DNA of 39,305 bases, taken from the sequence record MT682707.1, one strand, 5' to 3'. Positions 35,566 through 39,305 of the stretch are shown here, one piece after another. Within the stretch, counting starts at the first letter, position 1, and the number at the start of each line of letters is the position of its first letter. Made by a program: the position numbers and the translations under genes. The notes beneath the pieces were generated by a model. It searched no databases, was not told the origin of the DNA, and was given only the letters and a program-made list of their open reading frames with translations. Origin of the DNA: Escherichia phage vB_EcoP_SP7.

Positions 35566-37325
35566 GTAAAGACTTAGTGGCGCGTCAGGCGCTAATGACA
35601 GCACGTATGAAGGCAGACTTCGTGTTCTTCCTGTTCGTCCTATGGAAAGCCTTGTCACTCCCAGTCCCGACTCGCTGTCAGATTGACATGGCGAAGAAAC
35701 TATCGGCTGGGGACAACAGGCGTTTCATCCTACAGGCGTTCCGTGGTATCGGGAAGTCCTTCATTACATGTGCCTTCGTGGTCTGGAAGCTATGGAACAA
35801 CCCAGACTTGAAGTTCATGATTGTGTCGGCCTCAAAGGAACGAGCCGATGCGAACTCCATCTTCATCAAGCGAATCATCGACCTCATGCCACAGCTTCAG
35901 GAACTCAAACCTAAGCAGGGACAGCGAGATGCGGTTATCAGCTTCGATGTTGGGCCAGCAAAGCCAGACCACTCACCTTCGGTTAAGTCCGTTGGTATCA
36001 CTGGTCAGTTGACTGGTAGTCGTGCTGACATCCTTATTGCAGATGACGTTGAGGTTCCAAACAACTCAGCGACTCAGGCTGCGCGAGACCGACTGTCAGA
36101 GCTTGTTAAAGAGTTCGACGCTATTCTGAAGCCTGGAGGTACAATCATCTATCTGGGTACTCCTCAGAACGAGATGACCCTGTATCGTGAGTTGGAAGGC
36201 CGCGGGTACACCACTACTATCTGGCCAGCTCGTTATCCACGCGATAAGAAGGACTGGCAGTCTTACGGAGACCGTCTGGCTCCTATGCTTCAGGCAGAGC
36301 TTGAAGAGGACCCTGAGTCCTTCTACTGGCGTCCAACAGATGAGGTACGATTCGATGATACGGACCTGAAGGAACGTGAGCTGTCATACGGTAAAGCTGG
36401 CTTCGCTCTACAGTTCATGCTTAACCCGAACCTGAGTGATGCTGAGAAGTACCCTCTGAAGCTCCGTGACCTTATCGTAGCCGACTTGGACCCAGAGTCA
36501 AGCCCAATGGTCTACCAATGGCTGCCGAACCCTCAGAACAAGCGTGAGGACGTTCCTAACGTTGGACTCATGGGTGACTCGTACCACACGTATCAGACTG
36601 TAGGTTCTGCGTTCAGCTCATACACCCAGAAGATTCTGGTCATTGACCCCAGTGGTCGGGGTAAGGATGAAACTGGTTATGCGGTACTGTACCAGCTCAA
36701 CGGCTACATCTTCGCTATGGAAGTTGGTGGTATGCGTGGTGGATATGAAGACTCTACGCTGGAAGCCTTGGCTAAGATTGGTCGTAAGTGGAAGGTCAAC
36801 GAATACGTCATTGAGGGTAACTTCGGTGATGGTATGTACCTTGAGTTATTCAAGCCTGTTGCGGCCCGTACCCATCCTGCTGCTGTAACTGAAGTGAAGA
36901 GTAAGGGTCAGAAGGAACTCCGAATCTGTGACGTTCTGGAGCCTATCATGGGGTCTCACCGACTTATCGTCAACGCTGCTGCTATCGTCCAAGACTACCA
37001 GACAGCCTCTGACAAGGACGGTGTGCGTAACCCTATCTACTCTCTCTTCTATCAGATGACCCGTATATCTCGTGAACGTGGAGCCTTGGCACACGATGAC
37101 CGACTTGATGCGCTGGCTATCGGTGTACAGTTCTTCGTTGAGTCTATGGCTAAGGATGCCAACAAAGGTGAACGTGAAGTCACTGAGGAGTGGCTGGAGG
37201 AACAGATGGAGAACCCACGGAAGGGCTTCGAGTCCATCCACACTGAGTTCTGGGACAATGGTGTCCGGGTAACTCACGATACGGACGACGAGCCGGGACT
37301 AGGGTCCTACGTTACGTTCCACTAG
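35562..37325 (+). CDS. Terminase large subunit (gene 19); TTG start
   Basis: [45 protein letters not shown] (Walker A), [83 protein letters not shown] match recalled T7 gp19; AAGGAGG RBS before TTG 35562. Confidence 0.97.
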   Translation: MSKDLVARQALMTARMKADFVFFLFVLWKALSLPVPTRCQIDMAKKLSAGDNRRFILQAFRGIGKSFITCAFVVWKLWNNPDLKFMIVSASKERADANSIFIKRIIDLMPQLQELKPKQGQRDAVISFDVGPAKPDHSPSVKSVGITGQLTGSRADILIADDVEVPNNSATQAARDRLSELVKEFDAILKPGGTIIYLGTPQNEMTLYRELEGRGYTTTIWPARYPRDKKDWQSYGDRLAPMLQAELEEDPESFYWRPTDEVRFDDTDLKERELSYGKAGFALQFMLNPNLSDAEKYPLKLRDLIVADLDPESSPMVYQWLPNPQNKREDVPNVGLMGDSYHTYQTVGSAFSSYTQKILVIDPSGRGKDETGYAVLYQLNGYIFAMEVGGMRGGYEDSTLEALAKIGRKWKVNEYVIEGNFGDGMYLELFKPVAARTHPAAVTEVKSKGQKELRICDVLEPIMGSHRLIVNAAAIVQDYQTASDKDGVRNPIYSLFYQMTRISRERGALAHDDRLDALAIGVQFFVESMAKDANKGEREVTEEWLEEQMENPRKGFESIHTEFWDNGVRVTHDTDDEPGLGSYVTFH

Positions 37326-37334
37326 CTGAATGAA

Positions 37335-37383
37335 TAACTATAGGTGAAAGCTGCATGAATACGCGGTTAGTAACCTATAGTTA
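37335..37383. repeat. Perfect 11-bp inverted repeat (TAACTATAGGT ... ACCTATAGTTA) between gene 19 and the rightmost promoter
   Basis: Arms at 37335..37345 and 37373..37383, separated by 27 nt; each arm contains the promoter-core-like CTATAGG; CTGTTTT follows at about 37399..37406. Confidence 0.6.
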
Positions 37384-37419
37384 CTACCAGTCTAACCTAC
37401 TGTTTTACAAGGAGTTTGG

Positions 37420-37442
37420 ACTTAACTATCACTATAGGGAAG
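37420..37442 (+). promoter_or_regulatory. Phage-RNAP promoter (phiOR position)
   Basis: ACTTAACTATCACTATAGGGAAG; +1 at 37437. Confidence 0.85.
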
Positions 37443-37621
37443 ACCCCCGGTTACTTATAGTATTACTGTAGTGAATATACATATGCAGACTTTATGCAAG
37501 ACCTTAGGAGGCAGACTCCGAGTTCTTACCTAAGGCTTGCACCGATGGAAGGTGGGTGATATTAATCATAATCCCTCCAATACAGATAGTAAAGACCATA
37601 GATACAGGAGGTATGTAGCAT

Positions 37622-37780
37622 ATGGCAAAGACCAAAGCTGTGCTTAAAGCTCTGGCGACCAACCGAGCTACATACAGGTTTCTTGCTGCTGTTCTACTTG
37701 CTGCTGGCGTTACTGCTGGAAGTCAGTGGGTCGGGTGGGTCGAGACTCTCGTATGTTCTCTGGTCTCTCAGTGCAATTAA
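37622..37780 (+). CDS. Small ORF in the gene 19.5 position (52 aa, hydrophobic core)
   Basis: AGGAGG RBS; downstream of the phiOR-like promoter as T7 gene 19.5; below the ORF-track cutoff. Confidence 0.45.
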   Translation: MAKTKAVLKALATNRATYRFLAAVLLAAGVTAGSQWVGWVETLVCSLVSQCN

Positions 37781-38019
37781 CGCAATCGTGGTAACGATTC
37801 ATGAGCGGAAGACCTAAGGTCAGTACGTGGATAAAGACTCACTCTACTGACCTTAGCTACTGTAGTCAAGGACTTTAGGTAACACCTTAAGAGAAGCTCA
37901 CTTAGGGTCATCCTACTTATTGGTCTATCCTAGTGTCGCCTGACCTACGGTCCTTGACCTACAGTGGCTGTGGCCTACAGTAGTGACGATGAGTTTTGGA
38001 CCAAAAGTTTGAGACCACA

Positions 38020-38217
38020 TCTCACAGTTCAAGAACCTCAAGTCTCCCCATAGGCCCTCTTTCAGTCCAGACCAAAGGCCCTACCCAGTCTATCATAAGG
38101 TTGGACCGATGGTCAATACTTCAGGTCAACGATAGGTATAGGCTATGGCTGGAGGTCAGGACGATAGGTAGGGACTATGGGTCTTCTCTGAGTCTCTATC
38201 TGTATCAGACCTTTGAG
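38020..38217. repeat. Putative terminal-repeat region with the genome left end near 38020 (one copy, as expected in a circularised or concatemer-derived assembly)
   Basis: TCTCACAGT...TCCCCATAGGCCC resembles the recalled first bases of the T7 genome (TCTCACAGTGTACGG...CCCCCATAGGGGG); TCTCTATCTGTA near the distal end resembles the T7 ATCTGTT element; flanked by CCTACAG-type short repeat arrays on both sides as in T7. Confidence 0.45.
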
Positions 38218-38218
38218 T

Positions 38219-38277
38219 CACTACCTACAGTCTAACTACCTACAGTCTAACTACCTACAGTCTAACTACCTACAGTC
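38219..38277. repeat. 15-bp tandem repeat array (CTACCTACAGTCTAA, about 3.7 copies), with further CCTACAG copies to about 38330
   Basis: Directly visible; analogous to the short repeat arrays flanking the T7 terminal repeat. Confidence 0.85.
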
Positions 38278-38436
38278 ATCGACCATCGGTAATGCCGCTA
38301 CCTACAGTCAGAGACCTACAGTTAATAGACACAAAGGATATAGACTTAATGTCTAAGACATGTTAGTCAAAGATTATATCCTCTTACACCATGGGGGGCC
38401 GATGCTAGCTCAATCAATATTATTTCAAATTACCTA

Positions 38437-38465
38437 TTGACTATAGGTATCGACTATGGCTTAAT
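38437..38465 (+). promoter_or_regulatory. Candidate sigma70 early promoter (A1-like)
   Basis: TTGACT, 17-nt spacer, CTTAAT; the spacer contains CTATAGG as the T7 A1 spacer does. Confidence 0.45.
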
Positions 38466-38577
38466 AGCTTCCGTCAACACGACACGGCAACAACCGGATA
38501 GTGAAGACGCCTGGTCATCCCGGTCAAGTAGACAGCCTGATAAGTCATACGAAAAACAGGCAGATGACAGAAAGCAG

Positions 38578-38606
38578 TTGACAAGAAGTAAGACTTAAAG
38601 TAGTAT
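38578..38606 (+). promoter_or_regulatory. Candidate sigma70 early promoter (A2-like)
   Basis: TTGACA, 17-nt spacer (AGAAGTAAGACTTAAAG), TAGTAT; the upstream GTAGACAGCCTGATAAGTC..CGAAAAACAGG closely matches the recalled T7 early promoter region. Confidence 0.6.
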
Positions 38607-38731
38607 GAGTCACCAAGCAGTACAGCGAGCCGGAACTGATAACTACATCGGCTATGCGGAGTGACCAGCGCGAATATCTGGTCTAATGAGTAAGGCGGTA
38701 GGTTACTACAGCAAGCGAGTTAAGAAAGTGA

Positions 38732-38760
38732 TTGACAAGCTGGTTTGACTGTAGTAACTT
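38732..38760 (+). promoter_or_regulatory. Candidate sigma70 early promoter (A3-like), weak -10
   Basis: TTGACA, 17-nt spacer, TAACTT. Confidence 0.35.
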
Positions 38761-38830
38761 ATACGACAAGCAAGATTAGTGAGTCCCAACACTGAAACGG
38801 GATAGCACGGCGACGACAGCCAATGCGAAT

Positions 38831-38843
38831 GCTCTTTAACAAT
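38831..38843 (+). promoter_or_regulatory. boxA-like element in the early leader
   Basis: GCTCTTTAACAAT matches the E. coli rrn boxA core and the equivalent T7 leader sequence (recalled). Confidence 0.6.
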
Positions 38844-38882
38844 CTGGACAAACTCTTAATGTGCGCCGATAGCGACTAACTA

Positions 38883-38914
38883 CAGGGTCTTTGAGTCTAC
38901 ATCTAAAGGCCCTG
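38883..38914 (+). promoter_or_regulatory. Stem-loop upstream of gene 0.3 (R0.3-like candidate RNase III site)
   Basis: CAGGGTCTTT...AAAGGCCCTG inverted repeat about 45 nt upstream of the ocr start. Confidence 0.45.
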
Positions 38915-38960
38915 ACTGATAGTCACTAACATACACAAACAACTTTGAGAGGATATAGCT

Positions 38961-39302
38961 ATGGAACGTAACGCTAACGCATACTATGAGCTGCTGGCTG
39001 CAACTGTTGAAGCATTTAACGAGAGCATTCAGCATGACGAAATAGCTGAAGGTGACGACTACAGCGATGCGCTGCACGAAGTCGTAGAAGGTATGGTTCC
39101 GCATTATTACCACGAGATTTTCACGGTGATGGCTGCTGATGGTATTGACCACGAGTTCGAAGACTCTGGGCTGATGCCTGAGACCAAGGACGTAACGCGT
39201 ATACTACAAGCCCGAATCTATGAGGCGCTTTATAACGACGTGTCTAATAGCTCGGATGTGGTCTGGTTTGAGGATGAAGAGAACGACGAAGAGGACTGCT
39301 AG
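38961..39302 (+). CDS. ocr: Ocr-like DNA mimic, anti-restriction protein (gene 0.3)
   Basis: [43 protein letters not shown] closely matches recalled T7 Ocr; acidic C-terminus; first early gene downstream of the host-type promoters. Confidence 0.9.
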   Translation: MERNANAYYELLAATVEAFNESIQHDEIAEGDDYSDALHEVVEGMVPHYYHEIFTVMAADGIDHEFEDSGLMPETKDVTRILQARIYEALYNDVSNSSDVVWFEDEENDEEDC

Positions 39303-39305
39303 TGA

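Noticed and set aside
37335-37345. Additional phage promoter suggested by the CTATAGG core
   Set aside because: Upstream specificity region (-17 to -5) does not match the consensus; interpreted as part of an inverted repeat.
37996-38235. 79-aa + strand ORF in the right-end non-coding region
   Set aside because: Lies within the putative terminal repeat and short-repeat arrays; T7 has no gene there and there is no RBS.
38219-38277. Possible CRISPR array
   Set aside because: Repeats are contiguous 15-bp units without spacers, in the position of the T7-type terminal short repeats; no cas genes.
38437-38455. Phage-RNAP promoter suggested by TGACTATAGG
   Set aside because: Upstream bases mismatch the phage consensus; the motif sits in the spacer of a sigma70-type promoter, as in T7 A1.

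Overview
The window reads as a complete, circularly permuted genome of a lytic T7-like podophage (Autographiviridae), about 39.3 kb, with every supported gene on the + strand in canonical T7 order. The early region wraps around the window ends: the ocr-like gene 0.3 sits at 38961..39302 and the next ORF's ATG is formed by the last base plus the first two bases of the window. Identified from sequence: the single-subunit RNA polymerase, DNA ligase, SSB, endonuclease I, lysozyme/amidase, primase-helicase, DNA polymerase, exonuclease, portal, scaffold, major capsid (with a conserved -1 frameshift extension), tail tubular proteins, internal core proteins gp13-16, a mosaic tailspike, holin, Rz/Rz1 spanins and both terminase subunits. 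Eleven phage-RNAP promoters share the core CTAAACTATCACTATAGGGAGA, which matches my recollection of the phage K1F promoter; the 893-aa RNAP length also fits a K1F-like (Kayfunavirus-type) phage, but this is recalled, not searched. Also present: three near-identical RNase III sites, an early terminator after ligase, a T-phi-like terminator after the capsid gene, three candidate sigma70 early promoters, a boxA-like element, and a putative terminal-repeat region flanked by 15-bp tandem repeats. There are no tRNAs, CRISPR arrays, integrase or lysogeny genes. I could not identify a defined novel system by function; the best candidates for undescribed biology are the non-T7 accessory ORFs (3830..4591, 8694..9185, 22120..22347, early ORFs 1..1038), the HNH endonuclease after the DNA polymerase, the AT-rich tailspike C-terminal module and the divergent gp16 N-terminus. 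All homology calls rest on recalled T7 protein sequences and motifs and need database confirmation.
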